Shown here: one piece after another, positions 1 through 9,015 of the stretch
Position numbering within the stretch: the stretch's first letter is position 1
Layout of the letters: every line of letters begins with the position of its first letter
Notes under the pieces: generated by a model
What the model saw: only the letters and a program-made list of their open reading frames with translations
What the model was told of the DNA's origin: nothing
Database searches by the model: none
Translations under genes and position numbers: made by a program
Source: an uncultured Verrucomicrobiaceae bacterium
Lineage (GTDB): Bacteria > Verrucomicrobiota > Verrucomicrobiia > Verrucomicrobiales > Verrucomicrobiaceae
Reading direction: 5' to 3'
DNA: 64,000 nt
Assembly (NCBI GenBank): GCA_964538625.1
Contig: CAZIGH010000026.1
Coordinates: 4,902 to 68,901, forward strand

Positions 1-781
1 CCCGCATGATCGCTGGGTAGTAGAGCTCCTGAGATTCGTCAATCTCCGCCCGGCCCGGTACGCCGCCCGTGTGGTAGTGGGCAAAGTATGCGTGATCACG
101 CCTGATGGTGGCGATGATGTCTCCCTCCATGATCTGCATGTGATAGATATCGAACAGCAGGCCAAAGTGTTCGCTGCTCAGACGCTTGCACAACTCCACT
201 CCCCATGCGGACTTATCACACTGATAGTCTGGATGATTGACGCGGCTGTTGAGCAGTTCCATCACCAGCTTGACGCCATGTTTTTCCGCCAGGGGCAGCA
301 CCTTTTTTAGACCGTTGACACAGTTTTCCAGGCCCTGCTCATCATCCATCCCGTTGCGGTTGCCCGAGAAGCAAATCACGTTTTTTGCGCCGAACTCAGC
401 GCACGCCTTCAGGTGCAGCTCATACGCCTGCACCAGGAGATCATGGTTGGCAGGATGGTTGAAGCCGTGCGGTATGCTGCCGATAGCCTTATCCTCCTTG
501 TCCTTGATGGTGGGAAAGCTCACAATCGCACTCGTCAGACCGTGCTTCTGGAGGGTGGGGAAATCTTCCGGGTCAGTGAGTTCGATCGACGTCAGCCCCA
601 TCTCCTTTCCTGCACGGCACAGGTCCTCCAGCTCTATCCCCTTGTAGCACCACTTGCAAACCGAGTGGTTGATCCTGCCCTTCAACCCGGAGGCCGCATC
701 CGCAGCCGAGAGACGATGGGACAAACCAGCTGCAGCCAGGGCGGCGGAGCTGGCAGTGAGAAAGTGACGACGGTTGTTCAT
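1..781 (-). CDS. Sugar phosphate isomerase/epimerase (xylose-isomerase-like TIM barrel, hydroxypyruvate-isomerase-like) with Tat signal; 3' end runs off the window
   Basis: Absent from the ORF track because there is no stop in the window. My translation of the minus strand from ATG at 781-779 gives MNNRRHFLTASSAALAAAGL (twin-Arg signal), then VMELLNSRVNHPDYQCD, FDIYHMQIMEGD and HYHTGG. This is the typical pattern of HyI/AP-endonuclease-2 type TIM barrels. Confidence 0.75.
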   Translation of the reverse strand, partial: MNNRRHFLTASSAALAAAGLSHRLSAADAASGLKGRINHSVCKWCYKGIELEDLCRAGKEMGLTSIELTDPEDFPTLQKHGLTSAIVSFPTIKDKEDKAIGSIPHGFNHPANHDLLVQAYELHLKACAEFGAKNVICFSGNRNGMDDEQGLENCVNGLKKVLPLAEKHGVKLVMELLNSRVNHPDYQCDKSAWGVELCKRLSSEHFGLLFDIYHMQIMEGDIIATIRRDHAYFAHYHTGGVPGRAEIDESQELYYPAIMR

Positions 782-894
782 GCGAGTGGGTCAGATGCTG
801 ACAAAGAAGCATTGAGAAGGGAAGCCAAAAGCTCATCCTCATCCCATCAACGTGAAAGGCCGAGACCATTTGCGCTTTCTGGCACCCGCCCCTC

Positions 895-1710
895 ATGCTA
901 ACCACGCGCATGCCCCTTCCCATCCCTCCAGAAGACCTCCCCCCCTTCGAGCGGCTGCGTGCCGTCGTTCATTGTCTCCGAGCGCCGGGCGGTTGCCCCT
1001 GGGACAGGGAGCAAACTCACACCTCCCTCATTCCTCATCTCATCGAGGAAGCCTACGAAGTGGCAGACGCCATCCGCAGCGGTGACCCGGCACAAATGGC
1101 AGATGAGCTGGGCGATCTCCTGCTCCAGCCCGTGTTGCAGGCAGAAATCGCCAGTGAAACCGGCACCTTCGACATCGACAGCGTGGCACGCGCCATCACC
1201 GAAAAGCTCATCCGGCGTCATCCGCACGTCTTTGGAGAGTCGAACGCCGCCACCACGGACGCCGTACTGACCCAGTGGGAGGCCATCAAACGCACCGAGA
1301 AAGGTGATGCGCCGCAGTCCGCGCTTCACGGCATCTCGCCAGGATTGCCCTCCCTCATGAGAGCGCAAAAACTTCAAAAAAAGGCGGCCAAAGTGGGCTT
1401 CGACTGGGCGGATGCGGCACCCGTGCTAGGGAAGATCCGCGAGGAGACGACCGAACTTGAAGAAGCCATGATGTCTGGCCCGGCGGCGGCACTGGAACAC
1501 GAAGTGGGAGATCTGCTCTTCAGCGTCGTCAACCTGGCCCGCAAGCTCGGAATCGACTCCGAGGCTGCCCTGGCCGCAGCGAACACGCGCTTCACCCGCC
1601 GCTTCGAAGCTGTGGAATCTCAGCTGAGTGAACAAGGCAAGAGCCTCCCCGGTGCCACAATGGAAGAGATGGACGCCGCTTGGGAAAAGGCCAAGTCCGC
1701 AGGGCTTTGA
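895..1710 (+). CDS. mazG: Nucleoside triphosphate pyrophosphohydrolase MazG
   Basis: Two MazG half-domains: PGGCPWDREQTHTSLIPHLIEEAYEVADAI and ELEEAM...EVGDLLFSVVNLARKLGID. Confidence 0.9.
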   Translation: MLTTRMPLPIPPEDLPPFERLRAVVHCLRAPGGCPWDREQTHTSLIPHLIEEAYEVADAIRSGDPAQMADELGDLLLQPVLQAEIASETGTFDIDSVARAITEKLIRRHPHVFGESNAATTDAVLTQWEAIKRTEKGDAPQSALHGISPGLPSLMRAQKLQKKAAKVGFDWADAAPVLGKIREETTELEEAMMSGPAAALEHEVGDLLFSVVNLARKLGIDSEAALAAANTRFTRRFEAVESQLSEQGKSLPGATMEEMDAAWEKAKSAGL

Positions 1711-1776
1711 GCGCAGTGCACGGGCCCAGCCAAAGCGCGAAAATTTTTGTAACTTTTGAAGCGCCCAACGCTCAGT

Positions 1777-1804
1777 TTGACAACTTGGCGGCTTCAGCTA
1801 GTAT
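1777..1804 (+). promoter_or_regulatory. Candidate sigma70-type promoter of the rpmH operon (TTGACA-16 nt-TAGTAT)
   Basis: TTGACA at 1777-1782 and TAGTAT at 1799-1804, about 100 nt upstream of the rpmH ATG. It sits in the only AT-richer stretch of this intergenic region. A GCGCCCC/GGGGCGC hairpin follows at about 1806-1830. Confidence 0.4.
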
Positions 1805-1904
1805 GCGCGCCCCCGTTTCGCCGGGGCGCTGACCCTTGGGTTTCTCACCTGCAGGGTCTCGCTCCCGCCGAGGCGCATCACAAGCCACTTTCACCCACAA
1901 GCCT

Positions 1905-2087
1905 ATGAGCAAGAGGACCTACCAACCATCCAAGAGAACGCGCAAGCAGCAGTTCGGCTTCCGTGCGCGCATGAAAACGGCCGAGGGCCGCGACATCTTG
2001 CGCCGTCGCCGCCGTGCTGGGCGCAAGCGTCTCCTGCCCAAGGGCGTGGAAGTTCACTTCAAGCGCCACACCGTTCAGCACGGCTGA
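1905..2087 (+). CDS. rpmH: 50S ribosomal protein L34
   Basis: [43 protein letters not shown] is the L34 signature. The start is placed at the in-frame ATG 1905 inside ORF 1836..2087. The protein carries a ~15-aa C-terminal extension relative to typical L34. Confidence 0.9.
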   Translation: MSKRTYQPSKRTRKQQFGFRARMKTAEGRDILRRRRRAGRKRLLPKGVEVHFKRHTVQHG

Positions 2088-2114
2088 ACCGGTGGCGGAG
2101 ACCCGGGATGACGG

Positions 2115-2480
2115 GTGCCTCCCATGCGTTTGCCATCCACGCTGCGCATCAAAGCCTCGCGAGATTTCGCGCGGCTGAAGCGTGAGGGCACAGGCCATCA
2201 GGGACGCTTCTTGGTCCTGTCGGTTCTCCACGACGACGCGGCACTGCCCTTCCGTTTCGGTCTGGTCACCACGCGTCGGCTCGGTCCGGCAGTGGTTCGG
2301 AATCGGGTTCGGCGTCTCTTGCGAGAAGCGATTCGGGAACAGCAAACCAAGATTAAGCCCGGCGTCATGATGATCGTCATTGCCCGATGGAGAGCGCCGG
2401 AGGCCAGCCTGAATGACCTCAAAAAAGATTGGCTTAAAACAGCGGCCAGAGCCGGCATTCTGAATCCCGAGTCAACGTGA
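2115..2480 (+). CDS. rnpA: Ribonuclease P protein component
   Basis: Lies directly downstream of rpmH. Basic protein with ASRDFARLKREG and RRLGPAVVRNRVRRLLREA (RNR-type motif). The start is GTG 2115 or ATG 2124. Confidence 0.85.
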   Translation: MPPMRLPSTLRIKASRDFARLKREGTGHQGRFLVLSVLHDDAALPFRFGLVTTRRLGPAVVRNRVRRLLREAIREQQTKIKPGVMMIVIARWRAPEASLNDLKKDWLKTAARAGILNPEST

Positions 2481-2744
2481 ATGAAATGGACCATTTGCCT
2501 GCTGATTCGCTTTTACCAGCGGGTGTTGTCCCCGGCCATCCACTTCATCGGCGGCCCAGGTTTTGGTTGTCGTTACGATCCGACCTGCTCGGAGTATGTT
2601 TTGCAGGCCGTCCAGAAGCACGGCTCACTCAGGGGGAGCTGGCTTGGCATCAAGCGGCTCGCCCGTTGTCACCCCTGGGGAGGGCATGGTTATGATCCTG
2701 TGCCTGAACCACCTAGCCCCCACGATCATCCCCCTACACCGTAG
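2481..2744 (+). CDS. yidD: Membrane protein insertion efficiency factor YidD
   Basis: FYQRVLSP...[10 protein letters not shown]...[14 protein letters not shown]. The ATG comes immediately after the rnpA stop. Confidence 0.9.
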   Translation: MKWTICLLIRFYQRVLSPAIHFIGGPGFGCRYDPTCSEYVLQAVQKHGSLRGSWLGIKRLARCHPWGGHGYDPVPEPPSPHDHPPTP

Positions 2745-2773
2745 CACACTGAGTGCTGCTCCAAACTGAACTC

Positions 2774-4588
2774 ATGGACCGGAAAGCCTGGATCGTCGTC
2801 ACCCTTTGCATCATCGGCATCGCCCTCAACGCATGGTATGGAGCCCAGCAGCAGCTGCCGCCCCGTCCGGCTCCAGCGCCGACAGCACCCACCGCCGCCG
2901 ACAGCACCGCCCCTTCGGCACCAGTAGTTGAGGCTGCACCAGCACCGGTTCCAGCTGCCCCGCCCGCTCCTGCTACCCCTGAGCAGACCCACAGCATCAC
3001 CCGTGGTGAAGTGACCTACCACTTCACCAGCAAGGGCGGCGGCATTCAGAAGGTCACCATCCAGCACAAAGGGGAGGTGCATCTCAATCAGCACGGGCGC
3101 GAAGCCATAGGAGCCCTGAGGAAAGAGGCCAAGTCCGTAGATGACACCGTCTATGCCATGAGCGGGGCCAGTCCCACCAGCGTGACTTTCACCGGCACCA
3201 CGCGAGACGGCATCCAAATCAAGAAGGTCTATGCGCTGACGGAGGGCCCCAAGTCAGACGATCACCTTCTCTCCCTCACCGTCACCTTTACCAACACGGG
3301 CACCACACCTTATCGGTCCGAGCAGTTTTATCTGTATGCCGGTGCGGCGAACTCCGTGCGACCAGATGACATTCAGCCCCCATCCTTCTTCTGGAACGAC
3401 TCTGGCAACGCGGATCACCATGACAAGAACTGGTTCGGTGCCGGCTGGTTCAGCAAGAACCCACTGGAGTTCAATCAAAAGTTCGAGAACCTCCGGTGGG
3501 GCGGTGTGATGAGCCGATTCTACGCACACATCATCTCCACCAAGGAGGGTGTGGAGAATCAGCCCGGCCAGCTCTGGGCGGGGCGGTTCCTCGTGGATCA
3601 CAGTCAGAGCGAGTTCAAGGACATGGCTGCGGCAAAGACAGACTACGCCGTGGAAGGTGCCGTAGGACTACCCACCGTGGAGCTCTCTCCCGGCGCGTCG
3701 AAGACACTGGAGTATGAAGTGTACCTCGGCCCCAAGGAATACCACCGGCTGCGTGACATCGAGCGGCAGCGCCGCTTCGTCATGTTCTACGGCATGTTCA
3801 GCGCCATCAGCCGCACGTTCATCAACCTGCTGAACTGGCTGCACGCCACTTTCGGCAGCTGGGGGCTGGCCATCGTGCTGCTCACCGTTATCGTCCGTCT
3901 TTTCCTCTGGCCCTTCCACGCCAAGAGCCAGCGCGCCATGAAACGCATGGGCAAGCTGGCCCCGCTCATGAAGGAGGTGCAGGAGAAATACAAGGACGAT
4001 CAGCAGCGCCAGAGTCAGGAAATGATGAAGCTCTACAAGGACTATGGCGTGAACCCCCTTGGCGGCTGCGTGCCCATCCTTTTCCAGATTCCCATCTTCT
4101 TCGGCTTCTTCTCCATGCTCGGTTCCGCCGCTGAGCTGCGTGGTGAGCCCTTCCTTTGGGTAAAGGATCTTTCTCTCCCGGACACGGTGACCCACCTCTT
4201 TGGCTTCCCGCTCAATCCGCTCCCCATCATCATGGGTATCACCATGTGGCTCCAGATGAAGCTCACCCCCCAGCCAGCCACGGTGGATAAGATGCAGCAG
4301 CGCATCTTCATGCTCATGCCCTTCATGTTCCTCTTCTTCTGCTATTCCTACGCGTCGGCGCTTGCACTCTACTGGACCACACAGAACATCTTCAGCATCC
4401 TCCAGTCCTGGATCATGAAAAAGATGGGCACGGACGATGACGGCCCGCTTCAAAAAGTGCAGCGCGTGCCGCTTGGTCCGCCCCCCGTGAATCCGTTTGC
4501 TCAGCCCGGGCAGAAGGCTAAAGAAAAGAACAAGCCATCCCCGCCGCGTCTGGGAGGTGGTGGCAGCCGTTCCAAAGGGAACAAATAG
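2774..4588 (+). CDS. yidC: Membrane protein insertase YidC
   Basis: Conserved core LLTVIVRLFLWPF..KSQRAMKRM..MKEVQEKYKDD..MMKLYKDYGVNPLGGCVPILFQIPIFFGFF. The ORF track starts at GTG 2753; ATG 2774 (MDRKAWIVVTLCIIG, TM1) is more likely. There is a Pro/Ala-rich periplasmic linker. Confidence 0.93.
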   Translation: MDRKAWIVVTLCIIGIALNAWYGAQQQLPPRPAPAPTAPTAADSTAPSAPVVEAAPAPVPAAPPAPATPEQTHSITRGEVTYHFTSKGGGIQKVTIQHKGEVHLNQHGREAIGALRKEAKSVDDTVYAMSGASPTSVTFTGTTRDGIQIKKVYALTEGPKSDDHLLSLTVTFTNTGTTPYRSEQFYLYAGAANSVRPDDIQPPSFFWNDSGNADHHDKNWFGAGWFSKNPLEFNQKFENLRWGGVMSRFYAHIISTKEGVENQPGQLWAGRFLVDHSQSEFKDMAAAKTDYAVEGAVGLPTVELSPGASKTLEYEVYLGPKEYHRLRDIERQRRFVMFYGMFSAISRTFINLLNWLHATFGSWGLAIVLLTVIVRLFLWPFHAKSQRAMKRMGKLAPLMKEVQEKYKDDQQRQSQEMMKLYKDYGVNPLGGCVPILFQIPIFFGFFSMLGSAAELRGEPFLWVKDLSLPDTVTHLFGFPLNPLPIIMGITMWLQMKLTPQPATVDKMQQRIFMLMPFMFLFFCYSYASALALYWTTQNIFSILQSWIMKKMGTDDDGPLQKVQRVPLGPPPVNPFAQPGQKAKEKNKPSPPRLGGGGSRSKGNK

Positions 4589-4599
4589 CCCATCCAGTC

Positions 4600-5073
4600 A
4601 TGAACAAGCCCGCGCTCGACCAAGCCCGCCAGATCCTGGAGAACCTGCTTGGGTTCTTGGGCTTTTTCGTCACCATCGAGGAAGAAGATGGCGCGGACGG
4701 GCCCACCCTCCAAATCCTCACCGAGGAGCATGACCGCCTCATCGGCGACCGCGGAGATGTGCTGGATGACATCCAGTACCTCGTCAATCGACTCCTCATC
4801 CGTCGCATGCCAGATGCACCGCGCATCCGCGTGGACTGCGAGTTCTACCGCTCCATGCGGGAGGACAAAATGCTCGCCCGCGCCCGAGAAATGGCGGAAC
4901 GCGTTCGCGCCACCGGAGTGCCTGCCGCCCTCAGCCCCATGAACAGCTTCTACCGCAGGCTCATCCACCACGCATTTGAGGGAGACCCGGACATCCTCAC
5001 CGAGAGCGCCAAGGGAGAGGCCCGCTTCAAGCGCGTCATTCTCAAACGAAAGCCCCGCGCAGCGCAAGCATGA
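4600..5073 (+). CDS. jag: RNA-binding protein Jag/KhpB (KH + R3H domains)
   Basis: R3H motif SPMNSFYRRLIHHAF. Canonical position after yidC. Confidence 0.8.
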   Translation: MNKPALDQARQILENLLGFLGFFVTIEEEDGADGPTLQILTEEHDRLIGDRGDVLDDIQYLVNRLLIRRMPDAPRIRVDCEFYRSMREDKMLARAREMAERVRATGVPAALSPMNSFYRRLIHHAFEGDPDILTESAKGEARFKRVILKRKPRAAQA

Positions 5074-5909
5074 CCGCGAGCAGAGTGATCTGTGGGCTGG
5101 TGTTGTCGTATCTCATGGCCACCTCTGCGAGTGCTACTGAAATCATCTCCCACCGTGGCTGCTCTGCCCATGCACCGGAGAATACCGTGAGCGCCTTGAA
5201 GCTCGCCTGGGAGTCCGGTGCCGACGCTTGCGAGCTGGATGTCCACTTGACCCGTGACGGCCACATCGTCGTCATTCATGACAAGGACACCGCACGCACC
5301 GCCGGTGGTACCAAGCTCATCGTCAAGGACAGCTCGCTGGCCGACCTCCGTGCCCTGGACGTGGGAGAATGGAAGTCGCCCAAATGGCAGGGCGAGCGCA
5401 TCCCCACGCTTGCAGAATGCCTTGCCACCCTGCCCGCAACCAAGGGCCGCATCTTCATCGAGATCAAGAGTGGTCCCTCAATCGTCCCCGCGCTCGCTCA
5501 ACAGCTCGCACCTTTTCAGCCCCGCGCCCACCAGCTTGTCATCATCAGTTTCGACGAGCAGGCCGCCGCGCAGAGCAAAGCCGCCATGCCTTGGTGCCAG
5601 GTGTATCTCCTCCAGTCAGGCAAAGAGCGTCAAACCGGCCTCAAACACGACATTTCAAAAGCCATCTTCACCGCCAAGAAGCATCAGCTCGACGGACTCA
5701 ACCTCGGCACCGACTGGGACTGGAATGCCCACCTGGTCAAAGCAGTGCGCACCGCAGGCCTAGGACTCTACGTTTGGACCGTCAACAACCCAGACCTTGC
5801 CCGCAAACTGGCTGCTCTCGGTGTGGACGGCATCACCACCGACGACCCCGCACTCATCCGGCAGGCTTTGAGTGAAGCGCCGCCCACCGGCGAGAAGAAG
5901 GCCCCCTGA
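5070..5909 (+). CDS. Glycerophosphodiester phosphodiesterase (GDPD family), secreted
   Basis: ISHRGCSAHAPENTVSAL...ELDVHLTRDGHIVVIHD. Has an N-terminal signal peptide. The start overlaps the jag stop (ATGA). Confidence 0.85.
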   Translation: MTASRVICGLVLSYLMATSASATEIISHRGCSAHAPENTVSALKLAWESGADACELDVHLTRDGHIVVIHDKDTARTAGGTKLIVKDSSLADLRALDVGEWKSPKWQGERIPTLAECLATLPATKGRIFIEIKSGPSIVPALAQQLAPFQPRAHQLVIISFDEQAAAQSKAAMPWCQVYLLQSGKERQTGLKHDISKAIFTAKKHQLDGLNLGTDWDWNAHLVKAVRTAGLGLYVWTVNNPDLARKLAALGVDGITTDDPALIRQALSEAPPTGEKKAP

Positions 5910-6049
5910 CACCCAAGTCACGCAGAGCCCGACGAAGCGGCGGCGGCCGTGGTGAGCGCAGGCCGAAGGAGAAACGGGCCGCGCAACGACCTCCACGAGC
6001 GCCGGAGTCGTTACGAAAAGCGGCAGCGACCGCAGAACCGATAACAATC

Positions 6050-6068
6050 GTTTATGAAAATCATAAAC
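6050..6068. promoter_or_regulatory. Perfect palindrome GTTTATGA-AAA-TCATAAAC (candidate operator) upstream of the acyltransferase gene
   Basis: The 8-bp arms are exact reverse complements. It lies in an AT-rich island of an otherwise GC-rich region and is flanked by three AACAAT hexamers (6043, 6066, 6082). Confidence 0.3.
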
Positions 6069-6085
6069 AATGTTGCGTCTCAACA

Positions 6086-7234
6086 ATGCAGTGGCACAGT
6101 TCCTGTATCCAGAAACCCATGTCCAAACCCACGACCGCCCCATCACACGACTCCCGCAACCGCTCACTTCAGGGGCTGCGTGGGTTCGCGGCGGCCCTCG
6201 TGCTCCTTTTCCATGTGCACGCCATGGGTGCAAAAGGTGGCTTCTGGCCCGTGCTGGATGTCACGCACTGGATGCATGACGTGGGACCCATCGCGGTGAG
6301 ACTCTTCTTCTTCATCAGCGGCTATCTCATCGTAGGATCGCTCTGGAGAAACGGCGACGTGCGGCAGTTCGCCCTGAATCGGGTCCTGCGTATTTACCCG
6401 GTCTTTCTTCTGCTGCATCTGACCATGTTCACTCTGGGACCACTCACCGGCTATGAGTGGGTAGGCGGCCTCGCAGGAGATGACATGAGCCGCCTGCTTG
6501 GAGATCCTGTGTCTTGGACCGCACACTTCCTGTCCAACTTGTTCTTTCTGCCCGGCATCCTCGCGCTGCCCATCGCTCAGCAGAACGCCTGGTCACTCTC
6601 GTATGAAGCGCTATTCTACGTGCTGGCAGCCATCATGTTCATCGCGTGGAGGAAGCGGCAGCAGGGCGGAAGTTCGTCGCTTTGGTTCCTGGGCTGGGCT
6701 GTCATCCTGGCCTTCAACCTGTGGGACAGCGACGGCTGGTTCTTCCTCGCCGGTGTTGGCGTTTGGTGGCTGCAAAAGGAGGAGAGGCTGAGCACCCGTG
6801 CGGCAGGTCCGCTCGACATCCTGGCCCTGCTGGCCGGCTTTTGGTTTTTCCACAACGGCTGGCATATCCCGGCGGCCATCGTGCTCAGCTTGTTCTTCAT
6901 TCTCGTCGTTCGAGAGCGTGGTTGGATGCGGCACCTGTTGCGGAGTGATACCATGAACTTCGTCGGACTCATCAGTTACAGCCTCTATCTGGTGCATCCC
7001 TTCGCCCTTGAAGCGCTCCGCAGAGTCCTGCACCATGGCCACGCGAACGGGCAGCTTGTGCAGCATGCCGCTTGGTTCTTCTGGGTCATAGGACCCATTT
7101 TTGCCGTAGGGTGCGCCTGGCTGTCCTACGAGGTCATTGAGAAACGCTTCACCCGCTGGGTCGCCGCCAAGCTGGAGTTGCGCAGACGGGATTTAGCTGC
7201 CAAGTCAGCACCTGATCTGATGGCTACCCGATGA
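6086..7234 (+). CDS. Acyltransferase family 3 (OafA-like) integral membrane protein
   Basis: RNRSLQGLRGFAAALVLLFHV N-terminal motif plus many hydrophobic segments. An alternative start is ATG 6119 (MSKPTTAP...). Confidence 0.8.
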   Translation: MQWHSSCIQKPMSKPTTAPSHDSRNRSLQGLRGFAAALVLLFHVHAMGAKGGFWPVLDVTHWMHDVGPIAVRLFFFISGYLIVGSLWRNGDVRQFALNRVLRIYPVFLLLHLTMFTLGPLTGYEWVGGLAGDDMSRLLGDPVSWTAHFLSNLFFLPGILALPIAQQNAWSLSYEALFYVLAAIMFIAWRKRQQGGSSSLWFLGWAVILAFNLWDSDGWFFLAGVGVWWLQKEERLSTRAAGPLDILALLAGFWFFHNGWHIPAAIVLSLFFILVVRERGWMRHLLRSDTMNFVGLISYSLYLVHPFALEALRRVLHHGHANGQLVQHAAWFFWVIGPIFAVGCAWLSYEVIEKRFTRWVAAKLELRRRDLAAKSAPDLMATR

Positions 7235-7962
7235 CGACAGTGGCGACTGCACTTGGAACCACACTTTTGGCCCAGCAAACGAGCGGCATCCACCTGCTCA
7301 TGGAATCACTCCGCACTGGCGGCGTGGTCATGTTCCTCATCGTCCTCTGCTCCATGGCGGCCGTTACCGTAGCCATCATGACCTGGATGCGCCTGCGTGA
7401 AAAAACGCTCATGCCTCCGGCCATCATCAGCCAGCTCCGGGCCCTGCCCACCTTCGCGGTGAAAGGAGACATCACCCCCCTACACGAGGCACTTGTGCGA
7501 GACCGCTCCGTCCTTGCACGTCTTGGGCTGCTCGCCGTCAGCGGCCAGTTCACCACCAAGGCAGAGTGTGCAGAAGTCGTTGAGCAAAAGGCCAAGGAAG
7601 AGCTGCACAAACTGGAGCGTGATCTGCCGTGGCTAGAGGTCATGGTGAGCGTGGCCCCCCTGCTAGGACTCCTGGGCACCACCATTGGACTCGTAGGCAT
7701 GTTCACCGCCCTGGGAGACACCGGCACCGGACCTGACATGGGAGCCGTTGCCCGAGAGATCGGCGTCGCCTTGCGCTGCACCATAGCGGGACTCTTCGTC
7801 GCAGTGCCTTCCGTCATCGTGCACACCTACTTTGTTCGCAAACTGGACATGATCGGCGTCAAGCTGGAGAGCATTCTCCAGGAGGGCATACAGAACTTCT
7901 ACCAGCACTTCGAAGTGCAGAAAACCGTCCTCCCCGGCAACGCTGAAACCTCAGCGCCATGA
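7231..7962 (+). CDS. MotA/TolQ/ExbB proton-channel family protein
   Basis: LPWLEVMVSVAPLLGLLGTTIGLVGMF...AREIGVALRCTIAGLFVAVPSVI. The start overlaps the acyltransferase stop (ATGA). Confidence 0.85.
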   Translation: MTTVATALGTTLLAQQTSGIHLLMESLRTGGVVMFLIVLCSMAAVTVAIMTWMRLREKTLMPPAIISQLRALPTFAVKGDITPLHEALVRDRSVLARLGLLAVSGQFTTKAECAEVVEQKAKEELHKLERDLPWLEVMVSVAPLLGLLGTTIGLVGMFTALGDTGTGPDMGAVAREIGVALRCTIAGLFVAVPSVIVHTYFVRKLDMIGVKLESILQEGIQNFYQHFEVQKTVLPGNAETSAP

Positions 7963-8381
7963 ACCTGCGTCCCAGGAAACGCGCCATCCCTCAGATCCCC
8001 ATCGTGTCCCTCGTGGACATCATGGTCATCCTTCTCATCTTCTTCGTCGCCACCACCACCTTCCGCCAGACGAAGACCCACATGCAAGTCGCCCTGCCAC
8101 AGAGCAAAGGCATGGGCACCAGCTCCGCAGCTGAAGACCGGCGCATCGCCATCCTCATCACTAGGGAACAAAAAGTCTATCTCGCCGGTGAAGAAACCTC
8201 TCCAGAGCAGCTGTCAAACGAACTCACCACCATGCGAGCCAGCCGACCAATGGCCAAGTTTGAACTCGAAGCCGATACCGAGACCAACCTCGGCGTGCTC
8301 GTGCAGGTCTGGGACGCCCTCAGAGAAGCCGGCATCCCCATCGCTGAAGTGCCCGCGAGGATACAGCGCACAGCGGAGTGA
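7959..8381 (+). CDS. ExbD/TolR biopolymer transport protein
   Basis: IPIVSLVDIMVILLIFFV TM segment followed by a periplasmic domain. There is a 4-nt overlap with the upstream ExbB-like gene. Confidence 0.85.
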   Translation: MNLRPRKRAIPQIPIVSLVDIMVILLIFFVATTTFRQTKTHMQVALPQSKGMGTSSAAEDRRIAILITREQKVYLAGEETSPEQLSNELTTMRASRPMAKFELEADTETNLGVLVQVWDALREAGIPIAEVPARIQRTAE

Positions 8382-8561
8382 AACTCCCGGAGTGGCCGAA
8401 AAGTTGGATTGCGAGAAAGCACCCATGAGTCTGCACTCAAATGCTCCCCCCATGTTCACGAATGCTTGGTGCATACCGCTCTCTCTGCCAAGGCACAGAG
8501 TATGGCCGTCCATATCCTCCGTGATCTTCATGTGGTAAGCCAAGGCCTGATTCTTTGGCTG

Positions 8562-8894
8562 CTACTCATTCTCTGGCGTTTCGTTGATAGCCCGTGTCAA
8601 GAGGGCAACGGTTTCAAGACCCATCCACGCCAATGCTGGACATGCCGACTCACCATTTTGAGCAAGCATGAGGGGATGTCCATCTCGCTGAACTGAGCAC
8701 ATCATGCCGACATCCCGGTCCAGCGTGAAGCCAAGGCGGTCCCGATAGAACGCCTTAGCGACTGTCATATCTTCTACCGCAAACAAGGGAATGATGTTCC
8801 CGACTTCATGCGTCGCAAGTGGTGAACAATGTATCGAAGCACCAAAACGATCCGTGATACCGTTTGGAAGTGGGTTCGCAGATCCGATTGGCAA
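8562..8894 (-). CDS. VOC (glyoxalase/bleomycin-resistance) family protein, apparently truncated by an in-frame TAG (see finding)
   Basis: IIPLFAVEDMTVAKAFYRDRLGFTL...DGHPLMLAQ is the first beta-alpha-beta3 module. The second module is cut at TAG 8562-8564. The start is TTG at 8894 and is uncertain. Confidence 0.6.
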   Translation of the reverse strand: MPIGSANPLPNGITDRFGASIHCSPLATHEVGNIIPLFAVEDMTVAKAFYRDRLGFTLDRDVGMMCSVQRDGHPLMLAQNGESACPALAWMGLETVALLTRAINETPENE

Positions 8895-9015
8895 GGTTGG
8901 ATTCGTTTGGGAGTCCGTGGCCCGTGCACGATGCAGGATTGAGGACGCAGGAAAAGGACCTGTGGCTTAAGGCTTTCGCTAGCGGCTTGGCAGTTGTTTC
9001 GAGTTTGCCTGCGGT

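Noticed and set aside
1711-1904. oriC/DnaA-box cluster next to rpmH
   Set aside because: There are no TTATCCACA-like boxes or AT-rich 13-mers in this region, and dnaA is not in the window. The only near-match (TTAATCCAC, ~62991) is a single site in the recA leader.
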